A DNA stretch of 64,000 bases from Chloroherpetonaceae bacterium (GTDB lineage Bacteria; Bacteroidota; Chlorobiia; Chlorobiales; Thermochlorobacteraceae). The notes beneath the pieces were generated by a model. That model did not search any database and was not told the DNA's origin. It saw only the letters and a program-made list of their open reading frames with translations. Of this stretch, positions 16,598-25,383 are shown piece by piece. The stretch covers positions 79,639 through 143,638 of the forward strand of contig JBDNCJ010000001.1 in assembly GCA_046719715.1 (NCBI GenBank), in the 5' to 3' direction. The translations under genes and the position numbers were made by a program. The stretch's first letter is position 1, and each line of letters begins with the position of its first letter.

Positions 16598-16750
16598 ATG
16601 CTTGATTTTCTCGTTCAAAATTCCATTTATGTCGTCCTCATCATCGTTCTGATTATCTGGTCGGGCGTGTTCGTGTATCTCTTTCGTCTCGATAAAAAAA
16701 TTACCGACCTCGAAAAAGCCCTTGCCGAAAAGGAACTCGAGGAGCGTTAG
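16598..16750 (+). CDS. ccmD: CcmD-family small membrane protein (50 aa; below the ORF-track size cutoff)
   Basis: My own translation is MLDFLVQNSIYVVLIIVLIIWSGVFVYLFRLDKKITDLEKALAEKELEER. It has a single TM helix followed by YLFRLDKKI..LEK, the typical FCB-group CcmD-family pattern. It begins 12 nt after the DUF5615 stop. Confidence 0.7.
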   Translation: MLDFLVQNSIYVVLIIVLIIWSGVFVYLFRLDKKITDLEKALAEKELEER

Positions 16751-17889
16751 TTTTCTTGTTTGAAATACCAGACCAGCGTTCCAACAATCGCACCCAGCAC
16801 GTAGCCACATGGCAAGCCCGCCGCTAAAACGCCGGTTAATATCGCGACGAAAAAATCTTTCCTTTCGCCTAAAAGGTCTCTAAGAAGTGTGATGAGCGAA
16901 AGTCCTTCGAAGAAAAGAATCACGCCGAGAATCGGAAGCGGAAATAACTTGATGATATGCTCAAAGCCAGAGGCAAAAAAAAGTCCCAGCACGAGATACA
17001 AAAGTCCGTAAATGACGACCGAACCGCCCGTCCTGCCGCCAAAAGCATAATGCCCGACAAGCCCGCCTGACCCATGACAAATCGGCACGCCTGAAACAAA
17101 CGCCGACATCAAGTTCATCGCCGCATATGTAAGCCCAAGTTGTTGGACTGAAAGCGATTTTTCGGGAAAAAGGTCGCTCGCCGTTTGCTTCGTGGCAAGA
17201 ATGGAATTGCTGATTGAAAGCGGAATCTGTGGAAGCGCAAGAAGCAAAAACCCGCTTGCAATCATTTCCCAAGTCGGAATAAAAAATTTCGGAAGCGAAA
17301 TCCCTATCAGCCCGCTTTGAAAGACGGTGTCGGAGTGAAGCACGAGCGCGTAACCCATTCCGAGCGCAATCACAAAAAGCGACGCGGGATATTTGCGATT
17401 GCCAAGCAGGAAGAGCGCGATTAAAAATCCAACGGCGGCAAGCGCGTAGCCGAGCATGCCCTCCGACGGCACATAGTCTTTGAGGGCAAGCAGGGCAAGC
17501 TGCAATCCCAATCCAAACTGAATGCCGCGCACAACCGCTTTCGGAATCGCACGCGAAAGCCACACCAGCGCGCCCGATATTGAGAGCAAAAACATCGCAA
17601 TTCCGATTGCAAGCCCTGCGCCGAAAAGAACTTCACCGTCAATTTTTTGCGCAATCACCAACGCCGCCATGGCTTTGAGCGGCTGAACGGGCATCGGCAT
17701 GTGGTAAAACAGCGCAGTCAAAATCTGCATACTGCCAAAGACGATGAGCACACTTGCGGCATCTAACTTTGCGGCGAGAATCACACCAATAAGAAGCGGC
17801 AAATCCGTACCGATGTCGCCAAATGCGCCCGCAAGTTCATTGCGGTCGAAGCGAAGGGCGGAAAAGTTGCGAATGAAAATTAGGTTCAC
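16747..17889 (-). CDS. putative sulfate/molybdate transporter (MOT1/SulP-related family)
   Basis: 380 aa and polytopic. The N-terminus LRFDRNELAGAFGDIGTDLPLLIGV is characteristic of the MOT1-type molybdate/sulfate transporter family. Its stop overlaps the ccmD stop by 4 nt in convergent orientation. Confidence 0.7.
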   Translation of the reverse strand: MNLIFIRNFSALRFDRNELAGAFGDIGTDLPLLIGVILAAKLDAASVLIVFGSMQILTALFYHMPMPVQPLKAMAALVIAQKIDGEVLFGAGLAIGIAMFLLSISGALVWLSRAIPKAVVRGIQFGLGLQLALLALKDYVPSEGMLGYALAAVGFLIALFLLGNRKYPASLFVIALGMGYALVLHSDTVFQSGLIGISLPKFFIPTWEMIASGFLLLALPQIPLSISNSILATKQTASDLFPEKSLSVQQLGLTYAAMNLMSAFVSGVPICHGSGGLVGHYAFGGRTGGSVVIYGLLYLVLGLFFASGFEHIIKLFPLPILGVILFFEGLSLITLLRDLLGERKDFFVAILTGVLAAGLPCGYVLGAIVGTLVWYFKQEN

Positions 17890-17977
17890 ACCGATTGGGC
17901 GTTGAAACTTAAAAGTTGAAATCAGACGGCAAGTTTCATATTTTAACCTCTCTTAACCAAAACAAGAACCTTTCGCC

Positions 17978-20584
17978 TTGCCAGCGATGAAACACCGAGC
18001 GACAAAATCGCGCATTGTTCCCAATGCCCGACCGAAAACCCATTCAGACCCATCGCTTGAACGCGCTCAACTCACAGAGATGAACCAAGCCGCTTGGGAG
18101 TGTAGATTGACGGATAAGCCGAAATCAAGAACGCTTGCGCTTGAAGCCAAAGACCTCGCCACTCGACTGGAAGAAACGGCTGAACTTGCACAAAGCCTCA
18201 TCACGCTCGCCGTTGTTTCGTTTCAAGACGGCGAAGTGGAAGCGTCGCTCGCCATTGGCGAAGAAGCCCATCACTTGATTGAGGCACTGCCGAAAAACTC
18301 GCGCCAAAGTCTGCTCGTGAGAGCGGTGAACTTTCTCGTCGGTGCTCATTATCGGTTGGGCAACTACGCAGTGGCACTCGATCTCTATCTCAAATATCTC
18401 GATGAAATCTCGAGCTTTGATGACAAACAAGATAAAGCCAATTTGTTCAACAACCTCTCTGGCATCTATGGTGCGCTCGGCGATTACACAACGGCGATTT
18501 TAACATTGGGGCAAGTCATAGAAATACGGCGGGAAATTGATGACAAGCAAGGGCTTGCCTCCGCACTGCTCAACATGGGAAACGCCTACCTGCGCCAACA
18601 CCAATTTGAAGACGCGCTCCGCTACTACAACGAAAGCCTGAACAGTGCTCAACAGGCGAACTTGGATCGAGAACAAGGGGCGGCGTATTACGCTATCGGA
18701 AATGTCTATGCAGAACAAGAGCGACTCGAGGAAGCGATTGAAAATTTTGAAAGAGCCTTATCCTTCTCCACATTGGCAAGCGACCAAAACAATCGAACCT
18801 TCTCGCTTCAAGCTATCGGAAAAATTTATGCCAAAAAAGTATTCTCAAAATTCAATCTCGACACTGCCGTCGCATTTCTTAACGATGCGCTCAAAGAAGC
18901 CGAATCGCTCCAAAATAAACGCGCCGTCTATTCCATTCTCAAAGAATTGGCGATTGCCCACGAAAGCGCGGGAAAATTCGAAGACGCCCTCCGCTGTGAA
19001 CGCGCCTACCGCGATTTGAGAGACGACCTCCTTGGCGAAGAACAGCAAAAACGCACGCAATCGCTGATGATTCTTCATAAAACCGAGCAAGCCAAAAAAG
19101 ACGCGCAACTCGAGCGGCTCAAAAACATTGAACTCGTCGACGCCTTGACGAAAGTTGAAGAAGCCAACGCCTTCAAAACCGAACTCTTGGGCATTGCGGC
19201 ACACGACCTTAAAAATCCGCTTCAAGTCATTCAAGTCTTTGCCGCACTCATTGAGGAGAGCGCGGTGAACGACCAAGCAAAAGAATACTCGAAGACGATT
19301 CAATCCTCGTCGGCGAGAATGCTCAAACTCATTAAAGATTTGCTTGAAACCGCCGCGTTGGATTCGGGCAAATTAGACCTGAACAAAATTCCCATCAATC
19401 TTGCCGACCTCTTGCGCGCTGTCGCCGAACACAATCGCCCTAACGCCGAAAGAAAATCACAAACGATTGCACTCGAGCTTGAAGAGGGTTGCATCACTGA
19501 ACTTGATTCGGAACGCATGCGCGAAGTCTTTGAAAACCTCGTCTCCAATGCGCTCAAATACTCGCCACGAAAAAAACAGATTTTGATTCAATGTCAAAAA
19601 GAACTCACGTCTGAAAATAAAACGGTTATACGCGTTGCAGTCAAAGATGAGGGGCAGGGCTTAACAGAAGAAGATAAGCAAAAACTTTTCGGACGATTCC
19701 AACGACTCTCGGCACGACCGACGGGCGGCGAAAGTTCGACGGGCTTGGGCTTATCCATCGTCAAGCAACTCGTCGAACTGCACGGCGGCAAAGTATGGGC
19801 GGAATCCGACGGCAAAGACAAAGGCACGACATTTTTTGTTGAACTACCGATGTGTGAAAGTGATGAACAAATCAACGAAAGAAAACCCATGAGGCAGACG
19901 CGCTCGCCGCGCAAAGTGGTTCAAAGCCGATCACCCATCAAAAAGGTTAAACAAAAGAAAATTCGTGTCGCGGTGGTCGAAGACCTCGTCGAGTTCCGCG
20001 ACAGCATGGTGAACCTACTATCCAACGCCGAAGGCATTGAGTTCATGGGCGAGTTCGGCTCAGCCGAAGACGCCTTAATTGCTATGCCGCCAAGTGACGT
20101 CGTGCTGATGGACATCGGCTTGCCCGGCATTTCCGGTATTGAGGCAATTGCAAAAGTGAAAGAAAAATTTCCAGAGGCGCAACTGATTATGCTGACAGTC
20201 TTCAACGACGACAAGCATATTTCGCGGGCAATGATGGCGGGCGCAAGCGGCTACCTATTGAAGAACACACAACACCCGCAAATTCTTGAAGCGATTGCGC
20301 AAGTTTATGAGGGCGGAATGCCGATTTCGGCGAGCATCGCCAAGCGCATCATTCGGCTCTATCAGCAATACGCGCCGCCCGAAAATTCAGGCGTGGAACT
20401 AACGAAGCGCGAAAAAGAAATTCTCGCTTTGCTCGTCGAGGGCTTATCTTTTGCGCAAATTTCCGACAAACTCTTCATCAGTTTCAACACCGTCGTCAAT
20501 CACATGCGAAAGGTCTATGAAAAAATGCATGTGCACTCGAAGTCGGAAGTCGTCGCCAAAGCCATTCGCGAGGGGTTGGTTTAA
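17978..20584 (+). CDS. cytoplasmic TPR-repeat sensor histidine kinase fused to a receiver domain and a LuxR-type HTH output domain
   Basis: 868 aa with no TM segment. The domain order is:
- TPR-like repeats at about aa 100-340;
- HisKA (LLGIAAHDLKNPLQVI);
- HATPase_c (NLVSNALKYSP..DEGQGL..GLGLSIVKQLVELHGGKVWAES);
- a basic linker;
- REC (IRVAVVEDL..VVLMDIGLPGISG..MLTV..K);
- LuxR HTH (LTKREKEILALLVEGLSFAQISDKLFISFNTVVNHMRKVYEKM).
The start is either the TTG at 17978 or the ATG at 17987. Confidence 0.85.
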   Translation: MPAMKHRATKSRIVPNARPKTHSDPSLERAQLTEMNQAAWECRLTDKPKSRTLALEAKDLATRLEETAELAQSLITLAVVSFQDGEVEASLAIGEEAHHLIEALPKNSRQSLLVRAVNFLVGAHYRLGNYAVALDLYLKYLDEISSFDDKQDKANLFNNLSGIYGALGDYTTAILTLGQVIEIRREIDDKQGLASALLNMGNAYLRQHQFEDALRYYNESLNSAQQANLDREQGAAYYAIGNVYAEQERLEEAIENFERALSFSTLASDQNNRTFSLQAIGKIYAKKVFSKFNLDTAVAFLNDALKEAESLQNKRAVYSILKELAIAHESAGKFEDALRCERAYRDLRDDLLGEEQQKRTQSLMILHKTEQAKKDAQLERLKNIELVDALTKVEEANAFKTELLGIAAHDLKNPLQVIQVFAALIEESAVNDQAKEYSKTIQSSSARMLKLIKDLLETAALDSGKLDLNKIPINLADLLRAVAEHNRPNAERKSQTIALELEEGCITELDSERMREVFENLVSNALKYSPRKKQILIQCQKELTSENKTVIRVAVKDEGQGLTEEDKQKLFGRFQRLSARPTGGESSTGLGLSIVKQLVELHGGKVWAESDGKDKGTTFFVELPMCESDEQINERKPMRQTRSPRKVVQSRSPIKKVKQKKIRVAVVEDLVEFRDSMVNLLSNAEGIEFMGEFGSAEDALIAMPPSDVVLMDIGLPGISGIEAIAKVKEKFPEAQLIMLTVFNDDKHISRAMMAGASGYLLKNTQHPQILEAIAQVYEGGMPISASIAKRIIRLYQQYAPPENSGVELTKREKEILALLVEGLSFAQISDKLFISFNTVVNHMRKVYEKMHVHSKSEVVAKAIREGLV

Positions 20585-20694
20585 TCCATGCTCACGCGCC
20601 CGTCCAAAGTCGGCGATTGAGGCTTTTTCCGTATTATTCTCGCACAAGTCTATCAATCAAGTTTTCAAAACACATCAAGTCATAAATTTTCGCA

Positions 20695-23334
20695 GTGGCA
20701 AAGCGCGACGAGACGCCGCTCATGCGGCAATACGACAAAATCAAATCGCAATACCCGAATGTGATTCTGCTCTTTCGCGTCGGCGATTTTTATGAAACCT
20801 TTTATGACGATGCGAAAGAGGTTTCCAATGCGCTGGGAATTGTTCTGACTAAACGCGCCAACGGTGCGGCGGCAGAAGTGCCGCTGGCAGGATTTCCGCA
20901 ACACGCACTTGAAAGTTATGTGGCAAAATTGGTCAAAAAAGGGTTTCGCGTCGCCGTGTGCGAACAAATGGAAGACCCGAAATTTGCACGCGGCATCGTC
21001 AAGCGCGAAGTGGTCGACATCGTTACGCCCGGCGTCAATTTCAGCGACCGACTGCTTGACGAAAAAAAGAACAATTATCTCTGCGCGATTCATTTTCAAA
21101 AAGAGCGTCAGTTCGAATTTGTCGGCATTGCGTTCATCGATGTAACCACCGCCGAATTTCAAGCCACCGAAGTTGCGATTTCATCGCTCAAAGAAATTTT
21201 GCAAACGATTCAGCCTTCGGAAATCATCGTTTCCAAAAAGCAAAAAGAACGAAAAGCATCGCTCTCCGAAGCGATGGGGCGCGAAATGCCCTTCACGGAA
21301 TTGGACGAATGGCTCTTCAGTGAAGATTACGCTGAACAAACCTTGCGCAATCACTTCAAAACACACTCGCTCAAAGGCTTCGGGATTGAAGACCTTTCCG
21401 CCGCCAAAGTCGCCGCGTCCGTCATTCTCAATTATCTCGAAGAAACCCAGCGCGGTAAACTTCAATACATTCAACGCATTTCGCGATTTGAAACGGGCAC
21501 GCTCGTCGCGCTCGATGTTCAAACCAAACGTAATTTGGAAATCATCGCGTCGATGCACGACGGCTCGCGCAGCGGCACGCTGATTGAAGTTTTGGATAAA
21601 ACCCAAACGGCAATGGGCGCACGCTTGTTCAAAAAGCAAATGGCGCGTCCGTCGCGAGATGTAGCCCTCATTCAACAACGCCTTGACGCCGTCGGAGAAC
21701 TCAAAGAAAAACGCACTTGGCGAAACGACCTTCGGCAATCGCTCAAAGCCATCTGCGACCTTGAACGCGCACTCTCACGCATTGCAACCCATCGCGCCAA
21801 TCCCAAAGAAGTGCTCGCACTTGGCGCGTCGCTTCGTGAGTTGCCGACAATCAAAAATTTGCTTGCATCTGCAGAATCCACGTTGCTAAAAACCCTTCAC
21901 GCGCAACTCGATACGTGTAGCGACCTTGCGCAAAAAATTGACGACGCGCTTTCGCCCGACGCGCCCATCAACGTTGCCGATGGCGGCGTCATCAAACAAG
22001 GCTATAACGCAGAACTCGATGAGTATCGCGACATTGCCAATAACGCCAAAGACCGATTGATTCAAATTCAAACCGAAGAGCGCGAGAAAACTGGCATCGC
22101 ATCGCTCAAAGTGCTCTACAACAAAGTCTTTGGTTACTACATCGAAATCAGCAACGCCAATAAATCCAAAGTCCCAAGCCACTACGAGCGAAAACAAACG
22201 ATGGTCAATGCCGAGCGATACACGATTCCAATCCTCAAAGAACTCGAGCAGAAAATTTTAACGGCGGAAGAAAAAATGAACGAGTTGGAATCGAGGCTCT
22301 TTAGCGAGTTGCGACAAACGATTGCGTTGGAGTCGGAACGCATTCAGCAAAATGCACTTGCGCTCGCAACGCTCGATTGCCTCGCCTCGCTTGCCGAGTG
22401 CGCCGAACAGTATGGTTATGTGAAACCTGTTGTGAACGAACATGACAGCATCATCATCAAGCAAGGACGACACCCCGTTTTAGAGCGAATCTTACCCGAA
22501 GGAGAAAAGTATGTTCCGAACGATTGCACGCTCAATCGCGAAGAGCGCGTGCTGATTATTACCGGACCGAACATGGCAGGCAAGAGTTCCTACTTGCGCC
22601 AAGTGGGGTTAATTGTCTTTTTGGCACAAATCGGAAGTTTCGTGCCCGCCGCGAGTGCAGAAATTGGAATCGTTGATAAAATCTTTACGCGCGTTGGTGC
22701 CTCCGATAACCTTGCCGCCGGCGAAAGCACCTTCCTTGTTGAGATGAACGAAGCGGCAAACATCTTGAACAATGCCACAGAGAAAAGTTTGATTCTCCTC
22801 GATGAAATCGGACGCGGCACCAGCACCTACGACGGAATGTCCATCGCATGGGCAATTACTGAATACATTCACAATCACATTGGCGCCAAAACGCTCTTCG
22901 CAACGCACTATCACGAACTGGCTGAATTGGAAGAGCATCTGGCATCTGTGAAAAACTATAACGCCACCGTCGCTGAAACAGCCGATAAAGTCATCTTCCT
23001 TCGAAAAATTGCACGCGGCGCGGCAGACAATAGCTACGGCATTGAAGTCGCAAAAATGGCAGGCTTACCCCAACAAGTTATTTCACGCGCAAAAGAAATT
23101 TTGGCTGAACTTGAAGCCCACGAAAAAATTCCTGAAACTGCAAACAAAGCCGCCGTCAAAAACAAAGTCAAATCTATCAAGCCCAAAGCACCCGACTGGC
23201 AAATCTCGCTCTTTGAAATCGGCGATACCAAACTCAAAGACGCACTGCAAAAACTCGACCTCAATAAACTCACGCCGATTGAAGCCATGATGAAACTTGT
23301 CGAGCTCAAACGCATGGCGGAAGGAGAGTTATAG
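20695..23334 (+). CDS. mutS: DNA mismatch repair protein MutS
   Basis: 879 aa. The N-terminus is TPLMRQYDKIKSQYPNVILLFRVGDFYETFYDDA. It has Walker A GPNMAGKSSYLRQ, the motif STFLVEMNE, and DEIGRGTSTYDG. The start codon is GTG. Confidence 0.97.
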   Translation: MAKRDETPLMRQYDKIKSQYPNVILLFRVGDFYETFYDDAKEVSNALGIVLTKRANGAAAEVPLAGFPQHALESYVAKLVKKGFRVAVCEQMEDPKFARGIVKREVVDIVTPGVNFSDRLLDEKKNNYLCAIHFQKERQFEFVGIAFIDVTTAEFQATEVAISSLKEILQTIQPSEIIVSKKQKERKASLSEAMGREMPFTELDEWLFSEDYAEQTLRNHFKTHSLKGFGIEDLSAAKVAASVILNYLEETQRGKLQYIQRISRFETGTLVALDVQTKRNLEIIASMHDGSRSGTLIEVLDKTQTAMGARLFKKQMARPSRDVALIQQRLDAVGELKEKRTWRNDLRQSLKAICDLERALSRIATHRANPKEVLALGASLRELPTIKNLLASAESTLLKTLHAQLDTCSDLAQKIDDALSPDAPINVADGGVIKQGYNAELDEYRDIANNAKDRLIQIQTEEREKTGIASLKVLYNKVFGYYIEISNANKSKVPSHYERKQTMVNAERYTIPILKELEQKILTAEEKMNELESRLFSELRQTIALESERIQQNALALATLDCLASLAECAEQYGYVKPVVNEHDSIIIKQGRHPVLERILPEGEKYVPNDCTLNREERVLIITGPNMAGKSSYLRQVGLIVFLAQIGSFVPAASAEIGIVDKIFTRVGASDNLAAGESTFLVEMNEAANILNNATEKSLILLDEIGRGTSTYDGMSIAWAITEYIHNHIGAKTLFATHYHELAELEEHLASVKNYNATVAETADKVIFLRKIARGAADNSYGIEVAKMAGLPQQVISRAKEILAELEAHEKIPETANKAAVKNKVKSIKPKAPDWQISLFEIGDTKLKDALQKLDLNKLTPIEAMMKLVELKRMAEGEL

Positions 23335-24489
23335 AATTTCCTCATAAAAAGCGACAACGGCATCAGTGTTGCGTTGAACGTCAAAATGCGCTTTAACACA
23401 TGCTAATCCTTTGGCTTGATAAGCGCGCCGTAAATCGGCGTTTTGCATCAGGTCTAAAATCGCACGGGCAATAGCATCTGGTGATTTTTCTGGCACCATC
23501 ACGCCATGTCCATTCATAATGGCTTCGCGCAAGCCCGAAGTGTCAGTGCCAAGTGCGACTGCGCCGCATGCCATTGCTTCTACAATCACGCGAGGCAATC
23601 CTTCCACACCTTCGTGAGAAGGAAGCGTCAGCACATCACACGCTTGCATCAACCGATGAACATCTGCACGATGTCCTAAGTATCGTGCATTTAAGTTTTC
23701 TTGTTGGATTTTGGTTTGAACTTCGGGCAATGTGTGTTCGTCGATGGGCAAGCCTGCGATGAGCAAAAGCGGCTGTTCAGATTCGGGCAACATGAGTTTC
23801 AGCAACTTCATAGCATTGAGCAGGTCAAATATGCCTTTGCCCGCTTTGACTTGTCCGACAAAGAGTAAAATAAATGCGTCAATCGGTAGATGAAGTTCGT
23901 CTCGGAGTTTGGCTTGGTCATCAATCGGCTGGAAGCGTGAAAAATCGACGCCGTCAAAAATGATGCGTTTTTTGGAAGGCATAAATTGAGGGAAACGCGC
24001 GATTGCGCCTTCTGAAACACCGATGAGGGCGTCAGCAACGCGTTCAATCATGCGGTCAAACTTGGTTGGATTAGTCAGGCGCACATGATAGACGAGTTTC
24101 GTCGATGTGTGTGTTTTTGCATATCCACACAGAACAACGTCCCGCTCTTCATCAGGGTGAAGCACATGCAAGCGGTGCTGGCGAATAAGCGAGCGAATAA
24201 GTTTAGCGTTGTGAAAGAAGCGTCGCGATTCAGGTAGCCAACGTTTCCAAAGGTATGTTCGGCGCAGTTCTTCAAACGGAACAATGAATGTTGGGCAATC
24301 GAGTTGACGAAGCAGATGCGAGAGTTCGCCTTCGGCGGGCACGGCGGCAAAGGGCTTGACTTTACTTCTATCCAAATGTTCAATCATGGTTAGGAGGCTT
24401 TTTTGCCCGCCCATTCGCGCATGGTCGAAGTGGCTTGTATAAAGCACGTGAACTGGAAATTTCATCGCTCTTTTCATCGCTCTTTTCAT
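23329..24489 (-). CDS. glycosyltransferase family 4 (GT-B, GT1 fold)
   Basis: The C-terminal region contains PSHEGVEGLPRVIVEAMACGAVALGTDTSGLREAI (EX7E-type motif). The N-terminus MKRAMKRAMKF comes from a 12-bp tandem repeat, so alternative in-frame ATGs lie at 24477 and 24465. Confidence 0.8.
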   Translation of the reverse strand: MKRAMKRAMKFPVHVLYTSHFDHARMGGQKSLLTMIEHLDRSKVKPFAAVPAEGELSHLLRQLDCPTFIVPFEELRRTYLWKRWLPESRRFFHNAKLIRSLIRQHRLHVLHPDEERDVVLCGYAKTHTSTKLVYHVRLTNPTKFDRMIERVADALIGVSEGAIARFPQFMPSKKRIIFDGVDFSRFQPIDDQAKLRDELHLPIDAFILLFVGQVKAGKGIFDLLNAMKLLKLMLPESEQPLLLIAGLPIDEHTLPEVQTKIQQENLNARYLGHRADVHRLMQACDVLTLPSHEGVEGLPRVIVEAMACGAVALGTDTSGLREAIMNGHGVMVPEKSPDAIARAILDLMQNADLRRAYQAKGLACVKAHFDVQRNTDAVVAFYEEIL

Positions 24490-25289
24490 CGCTCTAAGTG
24501 CTCAAGTTCAAGTTTATATCGCTCGTAAAGCCGTGTCCAATCGACGAGAGGCGACAGTTCAGATTCTTGCATGTGCGTGGCAAGTGCAGGAATTGGAGAC
24601 ACACAAAGTCCTTTGTTTCGAAAGGTCAGACGCCCGTAAAGTTTGCGGCTCATCAGTCCATCTTTTGCGCCTTTTGCCGCGTTCAACATCACATCGGCGA
24701 AGTGGCGCACGGTTTTGCCTTCGGTCAGAAAAGTAAAGGTAGTGTGGCTCGTCTGTCGCCAATGATTGAAGCGTGTCAGAAAAAGAAGGGATTGAAACCG
24801 CCATTCAGGCTTGTAGCGAAGGGCATCATCGACGGGAGAGATAAACAGCGGCAACTGACTGGTGTCTGTTGTAAAGGGTGCAAGGTAAAATCGACGCGCT
24901 TTGCGTTTGAGCACTTCATGGCGATGGGTGATCAGTTCGTGAATGTATTCAAAGGCAAAGGGTTGATGAAGGTAATCGTCTTCGCAAAAGTAAATCCAAT
25001 CCGTTTCTGGATAGCCTTGCGCAAGGCGAATGGATTGGCGAATGGATTCGTCGTTACCATAAACGCCGTTGGTGAGCGTAACGGGAAAACGTTTGAAAAA
25101 AGTTTGTATCTCGTCGGAGAGTTTGTCGCCCAAAATGAAAATCTCGTGCGGCAAGTGTTTAATGGCTTGGTGAAGGCTCAAAAAGCAGAGTTTAACGAGC
25201 GTCGTTTTGTCTAATCCGAATGGGCGTTTGGCGCCATGCACAGAGTTCACGGTATCACAAGTGCGGAAAATGACGCGGTAGGTGAACAT
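24486..25289 (-). CDS. probable glycosyltransferase (GT-A-like, nucleotide-diphospho-sugar transferase fold)
   Basis: The start is trimmed to the ATG at 25289 (MFTYRVIFRTCD). It has an acidic motif, YFCEDDYLH, and lies in an operon with the GT4 gene through an ATGA overlap. Assignment is by general resemblance only. Confidence 0.45.
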   Translation of the reverse strand: MFTYRVIFRTCDTVNSVHGAKRPFGLDKTTLVKLCFLSLHQAIKHLPHEIFILGDKLSDEIQTFFKRFPVTLTNGVYGNDESIRQSIRLAQGYPETDWIYFCEDDYLHQPFAFEYIHELITHRHEVLKRKARRFYLAPFTTDTSQLPLFISPVDDALRYKPEWRFQSLLFLTRFNHWRQTSHTTFTFLTEGKTVRHFADVMLNAAKGAKDGLMSRKLYGRLTFRNKGLCVSPIPALATHMQESELSPLVDWTRLYERYKLELEHLER

Positions 25290-25383
25290 CAAAGTCGAGA
25301 AAAAGTTAAGGTATGAATAAAAAATCCCGCTCTGCCTTGCCGTAAAGCCTTGCACAAGCGGGATTCAACCATGTCAAGAAAGT

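Noticed and set aside
16961-17563. A 200-aa minus-strand ORF inside the MOT1-like transporter gene
   Set aside because: It is on the same strand but out of frame with the 380-aa transporter ORF, which has the recognisable N-terminal family motif. Its product is Cys/Arg-rich nonsense.
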